Shown one piece after another: positions 1 through 9,701 of a stretch of DNA of 64,000 nt. The DNA lies in assembly GCA_032480995.1 (NCBI GenBank), contig JAWETS010000010.1, forward strand, positions 25,966 to 89,965, written 5' to 3'. The notes below the pieces were generated by a model. The model saw nothing but the letters and a program-made list of their open reading frames with translations. It was not told where the DNA came from and searched no databases. The stretch comes from Veillonella sp. (GTDB lineage: Bacteria; Bacillota; Negativicutes; Veillonellales; Veillonellaceae). The position numbers and the translations under genes are program-made. Numbering within the stretch: the stretch's first letter is position 1; every line of letters begins with the position of its first letter.

Positions 1-764
1 TGCGCCACAGGCAGGTTATTATTAGCAATGATGGATTGTGCTTGTTGTTGTACCATGGAGTCTCGTTTCTCAGCTAATTCCTTCTGTAGGGATGCAGCGT
101 ATTGATTGAGCTCTTCCTGCCCTTTTTGTTGCATTGGAGCAAGCTCAGCCTGTACCTTTGCTTTAATTGAATCTACATCGAAATCCGATGGTTTTCTCTT
201 AGCTAATAAGTCCTTTAATCTTTCTTCTTTTTTAGCTTTTTCAGCCATAGCCGCTGCTCTTTGTGCATCATCTATATATACACGTGCATCATAGGCATAT
301 AAGTCTAGTTGAAGGTTTACGATTTCCAGATCATATTCATTAGTACTAACCTTTAACTCAGCTAAATACTTTTGAGTCAATTCATTGCGTTTTGCATTTA
401 ATTGCTGATTTAGTTCATTCTCTTTTGTTGCAATACGAGTTTGCAATTCGACCGTAAGAGCATCTGACAAGGTTGAATCCAGTGCAAGCGTTTTCAACTG
501 TTTATCTTGTGTCTCTGACTTGGCATTTAAGGCTTGTTGTTCAAGTTCATATTGACGTTGTAAAAGTTCCAGTTCATTTTTGGCTTGTTTATAATCCTCA
601 TAGGATGGATTAAACTCTAGTACATCATCAATGCGTACAACACCTATTGACATACCATCAGGACCCTGTTGGCGATTTGTTACAAAACCATAGGCCCAAA
701 CCATAGCACTTATTGCAGCAACGAGAAATATGACTAGTCCTATATATCGTTGTTTCCCGTTCAT
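1..764 (-). CDS. OmpH/Skp-like periplasmic chaperone, long coiled-coil paralog (3' end runs off the window)
   Basis: Absent from the ORF track because no stop lies inside the window. Manual reverse translation from the ATG at 764-762 gives MNGKQRYIGLVIFLVAAISAMVWAYG (anchor or signal peptide). This is followed by ...MSIGVVRIDDVLEFNPSYEDYKQAKNELE... and more than 200 aa of Q/E/K/L-rich helical sequence typical of Skp tentacles. It lies downstream of a second skp and bamA. Confidence 0.6.
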   Translation of the reverse strand, partial: MNGKQRYIGLVIFLVAAISAMVWAYGFVTNRQQGPDGMSIGVVRIDDVLEFNPSYEDYKQAKNELELLQRQYELEQQALNAKSETQDKQLKTLALDSTLSDALTVELQTRIATKENELNQQLNAKRNELTQKYLAELKVSTNEYDLEIVNLQLDLYAYDARVYIDDAQRAAAMAEKAKKEERLKDLLAKRKPSDFDVDSIKAKVQAELAPMQQKGQEELNQYAASLQKELAEKRDSMVQQQAQSIIANNNLPVA

Positions 765-793
765 TGTCGTTCTCCCTTACATAGAACTACAGT

Positions 794-1282
794 TTATTTT
801 TTTGCATCAGTAGCTAGTTTTTTCAATACTTGATCTGTAATGTCAACACCGCCATATAGTACAGTATCTTTAGTCATAACAACGCTAAGACCCTTAGCAT
901 CACCAACTGCTTTTGCAGCCTCCATAGCTTTATCTTGAACGGATTTAGCAATTTCTTGATCTTTTTTTGCTAGGTTTTGACGCGCTTCTTCAGCGATTTT
1001 TTGTTTAGTAGCATCATCTTGTGCTGCATCAATTTTAGCTTGCGTTTCTTGTTGTAATTGGCTTTGATAGCTCATATATTCTTGAGCTGCAGAGATATAA
1101 ATTGGATTATCTTGAGACAACATACGAGATGTATCAATAACCCCAATAGTACTAGTCCCACTATTACTACTAGGCGAAGCCATTTGCGTATAAGCTAACG
1201 CACCAATACCAACAATAAAAATTGCAGCAATGACGATGGAAAAAATCTTTACATTCGCCTTGTTGTTCATCATTCGCATCAT
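794..1282 (-). CDS. skp: OmpH/Skp family periplasmic chaperone
   Basis: 162 aa with an N-terminal hydrophobic anchor or signal peptide (IFSIVIAAIFIVGIGALA). Contains TIGVIDTSRML plus a Q/E/K/A-rich helical core and a ...GLSVVMTKDTVLYGG... end, which is the Skp pattern. Immediately downstream of bamA. The exact start among MMRMM is uncertain. Confidence 0.75.
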   Translation of the reverse strand: MMRMMNNKANVKIFSIVIAAIFIVGIGALAYTQMASPSSNSGTSTIGVIDTSRMLSQDNPIYISAAQEYMSYQSQLQQETQAKIDAAQDDATKQKIAEEARQNLAKKDQEIAKSVQDKAMEAAKAVGDAKGLSVVMTKDTVLYGGVDITDQVLKKLATDAKK

Positions 1283-1340
1283 AATAGAGTGCCCTCATTT
1301 CTTTAAATCACTGCATCAAAGGATGCCATATAGAGATATT

Positions 1341-1372
1341 GGTGAAAGCCTCTTTAAAAAGAGGCCTTCACC
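1341..1372 (-). terminator. hairpin between bamA and skp (13-bp stem, one mismatch), no clear U-tract
   Basis: ggtgaaagcctct (1341-1353) / agaggccttcacc (1360-1372). It lies 17 nt downstream of the bamA stop. The lack of a U-run makes a terminator role uncertain; it could be an attenuator or a processing site. Confidence 0.3.
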
Positions 1373-1388
1373 ATATACATTTACTATA

Positions 1389-3554
1389 TTAGAATTGTGT
1401 ACCGAAGCTGAAGTGGAATTTATTTTTGTGTTTACCCACGCCATAGTCAAGTTTAACTGGACCAATTGGAGTCGTAATACGAACACCAGCACCAACGCCA
1501 TAGTTAAAGGTTTTCTTGCTATTATACCATGTAACATTTGGTGCATCCCATGCATCACCGATATCAGTAAACAATACGCCACTAACCTTTTTAACGATTG
1601 GGAAACGGAATTCCAATGTAGCATTGTACATATACTTGCCACGGAATTGATCATCTTCATAACCACGTAAGGAATCAGCACCACCCAATGTGAACAATTG
1701 GCTATAAGGAGCATCACCTTGAATAAAGCCACCACGTGCACGGAATGCCAATACATTCTTAGCACCAAGTTTTTTATACATGCGTGCTTCAGCTGTGAAT
1801 TTATAGAAGTCGAAGTCACCGCCTAAACCATGACCAGCCCATTGTGTAGTATAGGAAATACGACGACCACGAGTTGGTTCATAGATATTATCGCGAGAAT
1901 CGTATACTTTTTGCCATGTTACAGAGTTAATGCGACCGAAGTTATTTTTTACATAGTTGTCAGATGCGAAGTTATAGGAACCATTATCCCAGTTTGTACC
2001 TTTACCCGCATTTTTATCATAACGGAAACCAGAGCTATCATCATCCCATTTATAAGAATCTTTACGGGATTCTAATGTCAAGTAATCACGAGTATATTCC
2101 CCAGTTTGACGACCGAAGGAAATATTGAAACCACGAGATTTCTTATTGTATTCTGCTACTTCATTACCATCTTCATTGTAATCTGTGTATTCATCTTCGC
2201 GGTTGAAGAAGGAGAAGCCAAGGGATGTACCTTTGCTATCGATCCAAGGTTTCAAGTAGGAGATTTGGTAGTTCTTATATTTTTTCTTACCACCGATTTC
2301 CCAGTGAACTTTAAATTTATCGCCAGTACCACGGAAGTTATCTTCACCGAATTCAACAATACCCATCAACCCATCAGATTTAGAGTAACCAGCACCTAAT
2401 GTGATGGTACCAGTCTTATGTTCCAATACATCGATTTCAATAATTACATTATTTGGATCTTGTTCACCTGGCAACATACGAACGTTTACGTCATCAAAGA
2501 AACCTAAGTTATATACGCGTTCTACAGAACGACGTACCAAGAATTTATTAAAAGGTTTTCCTTTCTTTTGAACAAATTCACGAGTAATAACTTTATTGCG
2601 GGTTTTCTTGTTACCTGCTGGAATGATATCTTCTACGATACCTTCAACAATGTGTATATGAAGTACGCCTTGGTCATCTACACGGACACCATCAACATGT
2701 GCTAACATATAGCCATCGCGAGCATATGCAGCATTAATGCCTTGAACTTTTTGCCCTACGGATACAGAGTTAAGAACTTGACCTGGTTGAATGTCCATGA
2801 ACTTAGTCAATACTTCGGAGGAATATACAGTATTACCTTCAAAGGAAACGCCAGTAGTAACTGGATTTACTGTTACGGCAAAGTCCAATTTTACGCCTTC
2901 AGGCACGGAAGTGAATACAGGATTTACTTCGGAGAAGTAACCAGTATTACCAAGATTAGTTACATCTTTAAATACGCCATCAACAGATACGGCATCGCCA
3001 ACTTTTTCAGTTAAAATTGGCAACAAATTTGCTTGCTGTTCAGCTGTAACGCCAGATATAGATAAACCGGTAATCAATTTACCTACGTAAGGATTAACAG
3101 ATTCTGCACTAGCAGATGTAACATATTGTGCTTCTACTGTTGTAACAGCTTGAGTTTGGCCATTTTCAGCAGCCTTATCAAGATCAGTACCACCAGTAGT
3201 TTTAGATACCATTTTTACTTGTTTATCATCAGTTTTTAAAGCAGCATTATTGACTGTAACAGTTCCATCAGAACCTTTTACTACAGTGCCGTCACTAGAT
3301 ATAGTCGTATCACCACGAGCAGCTAAGATAGCTGCATCAGTTTCATCTTGTATAGTTGTAGTAGTTGCATCAGCATTATAAACAGCTTGTGTAGTAGCTG
3401 CATCATTTGTTGTAGCAGCATTAGTCGTCGTTGTGCTATTTAAATCTGGAGTATAGCCAGCTTGTACCTCAGCAGCAAATACACTGCCTGTCCCCATGAC
3501 AGCGGTCAACACGGACGCTGCAAGCATACTTTTATAAGCTTTTGGTTTAAACAT
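1389..3554 (-). CDS. bamA: outer membrane protein assembly factor BamA (Omp85 family)
   Basis: 721 aa with a signal peptide (SVLTAVMGTGSVFAAE). A Thr/Ala/Asp-rich low-complexity segment is followed by POTRA-like repeats (...GLSISGVTAEQQANLLPIL...; ...VSFEGNTVYSSEVL...; ...NKVITREFVQKKGKPFN...). The C-terminal beta-barrel ends in ...FHFSFGTQF, an OMP beta-signal with terminal Phe. Confidence 0.9.
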   Translation of the reverse strand: MFKPKAYKSMLAASVLTAVMGTGSVFAAEVQAGYTPDLNSTTTTNAATTNDAATTQAVYNADATTTTIQDETDAAILAARGDTTISSDGTVVKGSDGTVTVNNAALKTDDKQVKMVSKTTGGTDLDKAAENGQTQAVTTVEAQYVTSASAESVNPYVGKLITGLSISGVTAEQQANLLPILTEKVGDAVSVDGVFKDVTNLGNTGYFSEVNPVFTSVPEGVKLDFAVTVNPVTTGVSFEGNTVYSSEVLTKFMDIQPGQVLNSVSVGQKVQGINAAYARDGYMLAHVDGVRVDDQGVLHIHIVEGIVEDIIPAGNKKTRNKVITREFVQKKGKPFNKFLVRRSVERVYNLGFFDDVNVRMLPGEQDPNNVIIEIDVLEHKTGTITLGAGYSKSDGLMGIVEFGEDNFRGTGDKFKVHWEIGGKKKYKNYQISYLKPWIDSKGTSLGFSFFNREDEYTDYNEDGNEVAEYNKKSRGFNISFGRQTGEYTRDYLTLESRKDSYKWDDDSSGFRYDKNAGKGTNWDNGSYNFASDNYVKNNFGRINSVTWQKVYDSRDNIYEPTRGRRISYTTQWAGHGLGGDFDFYKFTAEARMYKKLGAKNVLAFRARGGFIQGDAPYSQLFTLGGADSLRGYEDDQFRGKYMYNATLEFRFPIVKKVSGVLFTDIGDAWDAPNVTWYNSKKTFNYGVGAGVRITTPIGPVKLDYGVGKHKNKFHFSFGTQF

Positions 3555-3681
3555 AAATTCCTCCTAGAACTCATCCCCATAAAGAGTTTACATCTTATTT
3601 ATAAAGACTAATAAATCTTTATCATTATAGCATAAATTGCTTGGAATGAGTACTATATTAAACAAATTTTATGAAATTAAT

Positions 3682-3726
3682 ATGACTAGAATGTGCATAC
3701 CTAAGGGGTTTACACATTCTAGTCAT
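3682..3726 (-). terminator. 14-bp perfect hairpin just downstream of tamB
   Basis: atgactagaatgtg (3682-3695) pairs with cacattctagtcat (3713-3726) around a 17-nt loop. It starts 5 nt after the tamB stop. The following minus-strand sequence is only moderately U-rich (AUUAAUUUCAU). Confidence 0.4.
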
Positions 3727-3730
3727 ACTC

Positions 3731-6700
3731 TTAAAAGCTACGTGTCCAACGACCACCTATATAATTGTTCCCTTTTGATGTATGCCATCCCGTGAACTTA
3801 AGGTTTCGTTTAACAGAATATTCTATACCATATTTATTTTGTTTATTATTAATACCTTGAGAATAAGTCAACATGACTCTCGGTAATACATATTTACCGA
3901 TTTCAATATTATAATTACTTGCCGTATCCCTATTGGTTGGCTCATCGGGATCAATTGACCCTGTTGTAATATTGATGCGGTCTAACCCAAGTGTATTTTG
4001 TAATGCATCTTGTACATAGCCAAAAGCAAACATTTGAAGCCCTGCTGTAGCCACAGCATTCACATCTTCATTTGTCAAAGTACTACTATTTGAATCTGCA
4101 CCGCGGCCGAAGGTCAACATGGAAATGATTTGCTTTCTAGACAATGTAGGATTAGAGGACAATGATAAGTCCATATGATCCACTGTCCCTTTTACGCCAA
4201 GCATAATAGTGTAATTACTTACATTTGTTTCAGCCTCTAATTGTAAGTTTGGTAAATAAGAGCCACCTACGAAATGGGCATTCCCTTTTGTAATATTAAA
4301 TACATGGCTCAAATACTTAAACGTGCCATTTCTAACATCGAATTGACCACTAGCAGTTGGATTTTGTAAGGATCCACCAAAATGAACATCGCCACTGATA
4401 AACATGTTGTATAAGGTGCGATCATATAAACGTACACCTTTACCCGCATGAACAGTAACATCCACCCCCATATCTTTGGTACTTTCACTAGATTGTAAGG
4501 AAAGAGGAATTTTGAATTGAATCTTTTCAAGATTTAAAGTACCAATAAGGGTCGGCAATCCATCTCGGTCAGCAATATAAAGTTCACCATTCAACGGTCC
4601 TCTTACATATTCACTGCGAACCTCTAAATCTTCTAGCTGAACTGCCGCCTTGTAATTAGTAAGAGTATGTCCGGACCAATTTACTTTAGCAGCCAAACCA
4701 GCTGAGCCTTTGCCCATATTAATACGGGATTGGAAATCACCTTGTTGACCAGAGAAAATTAAGTCACCATCAATACCAGTAATTTGATTTTCTACACTTG
4801 CCAATTTCATCGTACCATTACGTACCGATACAGTTCCATATGCTTCAGGCTGATCAATAGTGCCTGTAATGTGAACCGTGCCTTTTAACGGACCTGTTGC
4901 CTCCTTAACACTAGTTGTAAGAAGAGGAATAACAGCCATATCTGCTTCGTTAAAATCAATAGTTACATCCATAGATTTGCTATCATTTGCTGGAATATAC
5001 CCAGACGTAAAGATTGCCGCTAATGGAATCTTACCATAGACACTTAGCTTATACCCACTTTTGGCACCTTGAATTCGTTGAATCTGAATAACTTGATCTT
5101 GCATTGTAGCCAATACAAAACCTTCATCAATACCAACACCATTAAAGGACCCCGACTCTACAGCACCGGATAATTCTACTTTAGGATTCTTAGTTTCCCC
5201 AGTGATATTTACAACGCCAGTCACCCAACCAGTAGCTTGAATATCCTTACCCATAAGTGGCAAGAACGGTACTATATCAACATCCTTTAATGCAACCTGT
5301 AAGTCCGCTTGACCATCAAGATCCATCGTACCGCCTATTGCAATGAGACCTTCATCAACAGGCAGTTTCAAAGTTGTAACTTTGAATTTACGATTAGCAA
5401 GACTTGCATCGATAGTTGCATCACCAACAATCTTTTCATCAATACTTACATCATTAATCTTGCCTGTTACATTAACGCTTGGATTGTAGCGTGTACCTCC
5501 GATTTCAACAGAACCATTTAATTTGCCATCAATGTGTTCATTGGACCGGTCTAGCAAGGTTAGCAAATTCTTTACGCTACCATTAGTAACATCTAATACA
5601 CCAAATAGTTGTCTACTATCATCAAACTTCATACCACCTTTAGCAGTGTAGCGACCACCATCGGCTTCAGCAAAGGTGAAATCTTGCACATTTACAACCG
5701 ATTTATCTGCATAAACACGACCATGAATATCGTTCAATAATTCCCCATTAACTGATAAGGCATCGGATGAAATATAGCCATTGAATTGAGGGTTATCCAC
5801 AGATCCAGTAATTTGTCCTCGACCAGATAGCAAACCATCAACTTTGTAATCCGTATTAATGAGCAATCTGCCCATATCAATTTTTTTGCCTTCAAAATCA
5901 ATATTAATTGCTTCTTTAGATACTGTACCGCCACCTGTGATAGTTGCACCATAACCTTCAATATCAAATCTATAAAGCTCTAATGTATCATTCTGATAGT
6001 TATATTTTGCAAACGCATTGGTCACGAGTTTGCCATAAGCAGAACCATCCCACAAATGAGCACGACCTTCTATAATCGGATTTGCAGCCGTCCCTGTAAT
6101 ATGATTGTCTGTTTCAAACCAACCTGTAATAGGAACATCTGTAACAGTACGAATCACATTTTCAATACGAGCAGCCCGAGCCTTGGCATTTAGATCTAAC
6201 ACATCTGTATTAAGATTATACCAACCATTAACATCATAGCCCCCATCGCCATCACCAATATGTCCATTGGTGATAGTGAGAATATGGTTATCTAGCTTAA
6301 TATCTCCATGGATATTATTGAATCGAGCCCCTTTATAATGTACCTCTTGCCCCCATACAGTGCCCATTACATTTGGATTATCCAATGTACCTTGTATCGC
6401 AAAAGAGGTATTCAAGGTGCCATCAACATCTTGACCAATAATAGGACTTAGTGCGGTCAATGGCAATGCATTACCGGAAATAGTGGCATCTATATTACCA
6501 TTTTGGATATAGCCATATCCGCTTAGCGCCCCATCTCCTATAGTGCCTACAACGGTCATATTTGTACTATTATCAGCATGCGTAAAGTTAGCTTTTGCAG
6601 TATCAACTACAACACCGCGAATGCCTATTTGGCGACCTTCAACAGAGCCTACAACATCTGTAACTTGATTATTTTTTCCTAAGATACGCATCTCACCATC

Positions 6701-8020
6701 GATATTACCTGTAACCGGTGAGATCATATCTTTTGTGAAAGTGCCTAAAGGTAAATTTTGAATCTTTATAGTAGCATCAAAATCCCCTGTATCAACCACA
6801 TATTGGCCCTTAACCTTTGCACTACCTTCGCCTACTGATAGGCGCACATCATCCGTACGAACTAAACCGTTATCATATACAATATCACCTTGTAAACGAT
6901 CAATATAGTAACCATTATAAGAAATACCATCACTAGCAATCGTTGCATCTACACGAGGAGCTACTGTCGTACCACCAATATGTGCACGCCCACCTACAAT
7001 ACCAGAAACACCGACGTCTGTTATCGCCTCTAAATCTACTTTATCGGCCACAACATTAAGATTTAAATACTCTTCATCTTTGCCTAGTGTAACTAAGCCA
7101 TTGATCTTTGTTACTTGATCATTTACCCTCCAAGAACTACGACTAATAACGATTTGATCATTATTAAGCATAATGCGACCCGTGCCATCGGTAATATTAT
7201 AAATTGTATTACCCCGTTTATAAGTGCCTGTTAAACCTTTAAAGCCTACATTACCACTCATAATGTATTTGCCATCTTCACTTTTAAGATTTAAATGTAA
7301 ATCTTGTAACTTACCACTCGTTACAGATAGATCCTTACGAAGTGGAACAAAACTCATAATACCAGCAGTATCAATTTCATCAGCTTGTACAAAGAGATCA
7401 AAATTAGATACATTGTTCATATCAATTTTGCCATTCAAGGTAATTGCGGAACCATCTACATCAGCAGTAAAGGCACCTTTAGACATGCCACTCATATCAA
7501 GCGCCATAGTCCCATCAAGATTTTCTACATTCCTCTTTATTCCATCTTTAGTACGTAGCGCTACGCGACCATCATTAACAGTCACAGCGCCATCAAAAGT
7601 ACCCGACTTATTTGGATCGGATGGTTTTACTAATTTAGTTATACTCCACGACCCATCAGCTAGTTGCCATATATGAAAATCTGGCGCCTCGACGATTACA
7701 CTAGAAATAGCCGTAGCCCCTGATGTGTTGCCACCAATAATCTTCGGTAAAGAAGATAATTTAACTCCTACAGCTACCTCTTGAGCAGTTCCAACTAAAT
7801 GTCCATCTCTATCTTTGATAATCACATCTGTTAGAACAACATCACCATTCCAATTAATTCGGAGAGAATCATAGTCTATAGAACCGTTTATGACATTATT
7901 TACTTGTTCTTTAACCATAGGTGCAATGTAAGTTTGAGCCATAGGATTAATGCTGGCACCAACAATACCAGACAAACCTAAAATCGCTGCACCGATAAGG
8001 AGCCACTTTTTACGGGTCAT
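3731..8020 (-). CDS. tamB: translocation and assembly module protein TamB (AsmA-like, DUF490 C-terminus)
   Basis: About 1430 aa with a single N-terminal TM helix (KKWLLIGAAILGLSGIVGA). A very long repetitive beta-rich body has recurring G-x-I/V-x-L motifs. The C-terminal region ...LSLSSNPTLSRKQIISMLTFGRG...IEIGKYVLPRVMLTYSQG...RWTRSF is typical of TamB/DUF490. Start set at the ATG at 8020, with GGGAG 7 nt upstream; the track start at 8038 is a GTG. Confidence 0.85.
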   Translation of the reverse strand: MTRKKWLLIGAAILGLSGIVGASINPMAQTYIAPMVKEQVNNVINGSIDYDSLRINWNGDVVLTDVIIKDRDGHLVGTAQEVAVGVKLSSLPKIIGGNTSGATAISSVIVEAPDFHIWQLADGSWSITKLVKPSDPNKSGTFDGAVTVNDGRVALRTKDGIKRNVENLDGTMALDMSGMSKGAFTADVDGSAITLNGKIDMNNVSNFDLFVQADEIDTAGIMSFVPLRKDLSVTSGKLQDLHLNLKSEDGKYIMSGNVGFKGLTGTYKRGNTIYNITDGTGRIMLNNDQIVISRSSWRVNDQVTKINGLVTLGKDEEYLNLNVVADKVDLEAITDVGVSGIVGGRAHIGGTTVAPRVDATIASDGISYNGYYIDRLQGDIVYDNGLVRTDDVRLSVGEGSAKVKGQYVVDTGDFDATIKIQNLPLGTFTKDMISPVTGNIDGEMRILGKNNQVTDVVGSVEGRQIGIRGVVVDTAKANFTHADNSTNMTVVGTIGDGALSGYGYIQNGNIDATISGNALPLTALSPIIGQDVDGTLNTSFAIQGTLDNPNVMGTVWGQEVHYKGARFNNIHGDIKLDNHILTITNGHIGDGDGGYDVNGWYNLNTDVLDLNAKARAARIENVIRTVTDVPITGWFETDNHITGTAANPIIEGRAHLWDGSAYGKLVTNAFAKYNYQNDTLELYRFDIEGYGATITGGGTVSKEAINIDFEGKKIDMGRLLINTDYKVDGLLSGRGQITGSVDNPQFNGYISSDALSVNGELLNDIHGRVYADKSVVNVQDFTFAEADGGRYTAKGGMKFDDSRQLFGVLDVTNGSVKNLLTLLDRSNEHIDGKLNGSVEIGGTRYNPSVNVTGKINDVSIDEKIVGDATIDASLANRKFKVTTLKLPVDEGLIAIGGTMDLDGQADLQVALKDVDIVPFLPLMGKDIQATGWVTGVVNITGETKNPKVELSGAVESGSFNGVGIDEGFVLATMQDQVIQIQRIQGAKSGYKLSVYGKIPLAAIFTSGYIPANDSKSMDVTIDFNEADMAVIPLLTTSVKEATGPLKGTVHITGTIDQPEAYGTVSVRNGTMKLASVENQITGIDGDLIFSGQQGDFQSRINMGKGSAGLAAKVNWSGHTLTNYKAAVQLEDLEVRSEYVRGPLNGELYIADRDGLPTLIGTLNLEKIQFKIPLSLQSSESTKDMGVDVTVHAGKGVRLYDRTLYNMFISGDVHFGGSLQNPTASGQFDVRNGTFKYLSHVFNITKGNAHFVGGSYLPNLQLEAETNVSNYTIMLGVKGTVDHMDLSLSSNPTLSRKQIISMLTFGRGADSNSSTLTNEDVNAVATAGLQMFAFGYVQDALQNTLGLDRINITTGSIDPDEPTNRDTASNYNIEIGKYVLPRVMLTYSQGINNKQNKYGIEYSVKRNLKFTGWHTSKGNNYIGGRWTRSF

Positions 8021-8160
8021 AATGATACTCCCATACACATTATGAATAATATAAATATATATACTAATCTTACCACAGACACAGTAATAACTATAGTATT
8101 TTCAGAGTGAATTTTATAAAACCTATCAAGAACACTCATTGTCTATAATGTCCATTACAA

Positions 8161-8189
8161 GAAAAAAGACGACCGAAGTCGTCTTTTTA
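8161..8189 (-). terminator. rho-independent terminator after tolC
   Basis: Minus strand reads AGACGAC-UUCG-GUCGUCU followed by UUUUUUC. It lies 10 nt downstream of the tolC stop. Confidence 0.7.
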
Positions 8190-8198
8190 AAGATCATA

Positions 8199-9659
8199 TT
8201 ATTGATTGCCGCCTAGTTTTGACAATTGTTCAACAGCACCACTATTAGCGATAACTTCAGCACCTTGACCTACAGGTGTAGACAATGGAACGCCTGTTAA
8301 TTGTTCAAGAGCCGCAATGCTAATATTGTAATTGTAAAGAGCTTCTACATAGTTATTACGAGCTGTTGTCAACTTAGTTTCTGCATCAAGTACATCAAGG
8401 TTCGTACCAACACCTGCACGGTAACGAAGCGTAGCAATACGGAAACTTTCTTGACCTTGTGCGACTGCAGTTTGTGTACTTTGGATTGTTTGTTCAGCAG
8501 CTCGTAAATTCAAGTATGCTTTTTGTACAGCTAACAATACAGCATCAACAGTGGCCAAGTTAGCTTCTTTTGCTTGTTCAAGTTGTGCATTTGCTTTTTT
8601 AATAGCATTTTGTGTTGCACCACCATCCCATAAGTTCCAAGTAGCACTAGCACCAACACTCCAGGACTTTGTACTTGTACCAAAGTAACCATCTGGATCA
8701 CCATAGCCACGACCAGCTTTTACAGCAACCGTAGGCAAATAACCCGCCTTAGCAGATTTTACAGCTTCTTCCGCAGATTTTACATCAAGAGCTGATTTAA
8801 CAAGAGCGGAACGATGAAGCATAGCATATGCTTTCGCTTGCTCCAAGGTTACATTATATGGTTTATATTGTAAATCATGCTCTGCTGTAGTAATAGCTGT
8901 TTGTGCAGGGTATGCAATAACTTGATTTAAGTTCGCCTCTGCTAAATTTGCAGCATTTTGCGCTTTTACAAGAGATGTTTGAGAATCATCAAGATTTGTT
9001 TTAGCTGCCAATACATCGGAGCTCGCCACTAAACCAACATTATACTGTGCCTCTACATTAGTTACATGACCTTGATAATCTTTAACAGCTTGTTGTGCTA
9101 CATCTACCATATTACGGCTCATAATCAATGTATAATAACCGTTAAGAGCATCATATTTTGCTTGTTGTAAAGCCTCTTCATAGCTAGCACCAGTACCTTC
9201 ACGAGTATAACGTGCAGAATCAATGCTTGCATCGAGTTGTGGATTGAATACAGGCGCACTAATGGAGAAGTTATGACTACCAGATTTGCCACTACCTGTG
9301 TCACCGCCCGTTTTTTGAGCACTCCAACCATAACTAACACTTGGATTCTTACCAGCTGCTACTTGGCTTACTGCAGATTTAGCAGCTTCATAACCCCATT
9401 TAGTTTGCTTAGCTGTACGATTATTAGCTAATGCTAAATCAACCGTACGGGCTTCGTTTAAAGCTAATGTACGTTCATAGGTTTTACTGTCTAAAACAGA
9501 TTTTTCTGCTAATTGCTTTTGTGTTAATTGAATAGCTTCTTTTTGATATTTGCTTAATTGGTCTCCGTTGTTAACGGATGTAGTTACTACATCAGCCGCG
9601 AATGCACCAGTAGTAACTAAAGAAAGCATTACACCTAAGGAAAGAACCTTTTTATTCAT
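8199..9659 (-). CDS. tolC: TolC-family outer membrane channel (outer membrane efflux protein)
   Basis: Signal peptide MNKKVLSLGVMLSLVTTGAFAA. Two OEP-type repeats with long Q/A/N/L-rich helices are present (...AQQAVKDYQGHVTNVEAQYNVGLVASSDVLAAKTNLDDSQTSL... and ...RIATLRYRAGVGTNLDVLDAETKLTTARNNYVEALYNYNISIAALE...). Start set at the ATG at 9659, with GGAGG 8 nt upstream. Confidence 0.85.
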   Translation of the reverse strand: MNKKVLSLGVMLSLVTTGAFAADVVTTSVNNGDQLSKYQKEAIQLTQKQLAEKSVLDSKTYERTLALNEARTVDLALANNRTAKQTKWGYEAAKSAVSQVAAGKNPSVSYGWSAQKTGGDTGSGKSGSHNFSISAPVFNPQLDASIDSARYTREGTGASYEEALQQAKYDALNGYYTLIMSRNMVDVAQQAVKDYQGHVTNVEAQYNVGLVASSDVLAAKTNLDDSQTSLVKAQNAANLAEANLNQVIAYPAQTAITTAEHDLQYKPYNVTLEQAKAYAMLHRSALVKSALDVKSAEEAVKSAKAGYLPTVAVKAGRGYGDPDGYFGTSTKSWSVGASATWNLWDGGATQNAIKKANAQLEQAKEANLATVDAVLLAVQKAYLNLRAAEQTIQSTQTAVAQGQESFRIATLRYRAGVGTNLDVLDAETKLTTARNNYVEALYNYNISIAALEQLTGVPLSTPVGQGAEVIANSGAVEQLSKLGGNQ

Positions 9660-9701
9660 AATATGTACCTCCATACTCATATAGAGTAAATGTGTTAGTC
9701 A

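Noticed and set aside
1230-3014. Several 80-170-aa ORFs in the track inside or antisense to bamA (1230-1670 +, 1316-1819 -, 1830-2075 +, 2106-2399 +, 2742-3014 +)
   Set aside because: They lie entirely within the strongly supported bamA reading frame region. Their composition is low-complexity or hydrophobic, they lack ribosome-binding sites, and they look like shadow ORFs of a long gene.
4309-7676. Antisense and alternate-frame ORFs within tamB (4309-4530, 5309-5521, 5734-5967, 7224-7676)
   Set aside because: These are shadow ORFs of the 1430-aa tamB frame. No start context or motif supports them.
8021-8038. Longer N-terminal extensions given by the ORF track. Examples: tamB 8038, tolC 9680, serS 22283, LDH-family 39931, ABC-F 44735, folE 43188, pdxK 53489, cydDC 60223, Rrf2 63292, moaB 63985
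   Set aside because: Many of these begin at GTG or TTG codons, and others at upstream in-frame ATGs, all without a Shine-Dalgarno. They add residues that precede the conserved family N-termini. Internal ATGs with GGAGG-like sites at 4-9 nt spacing were preferred.
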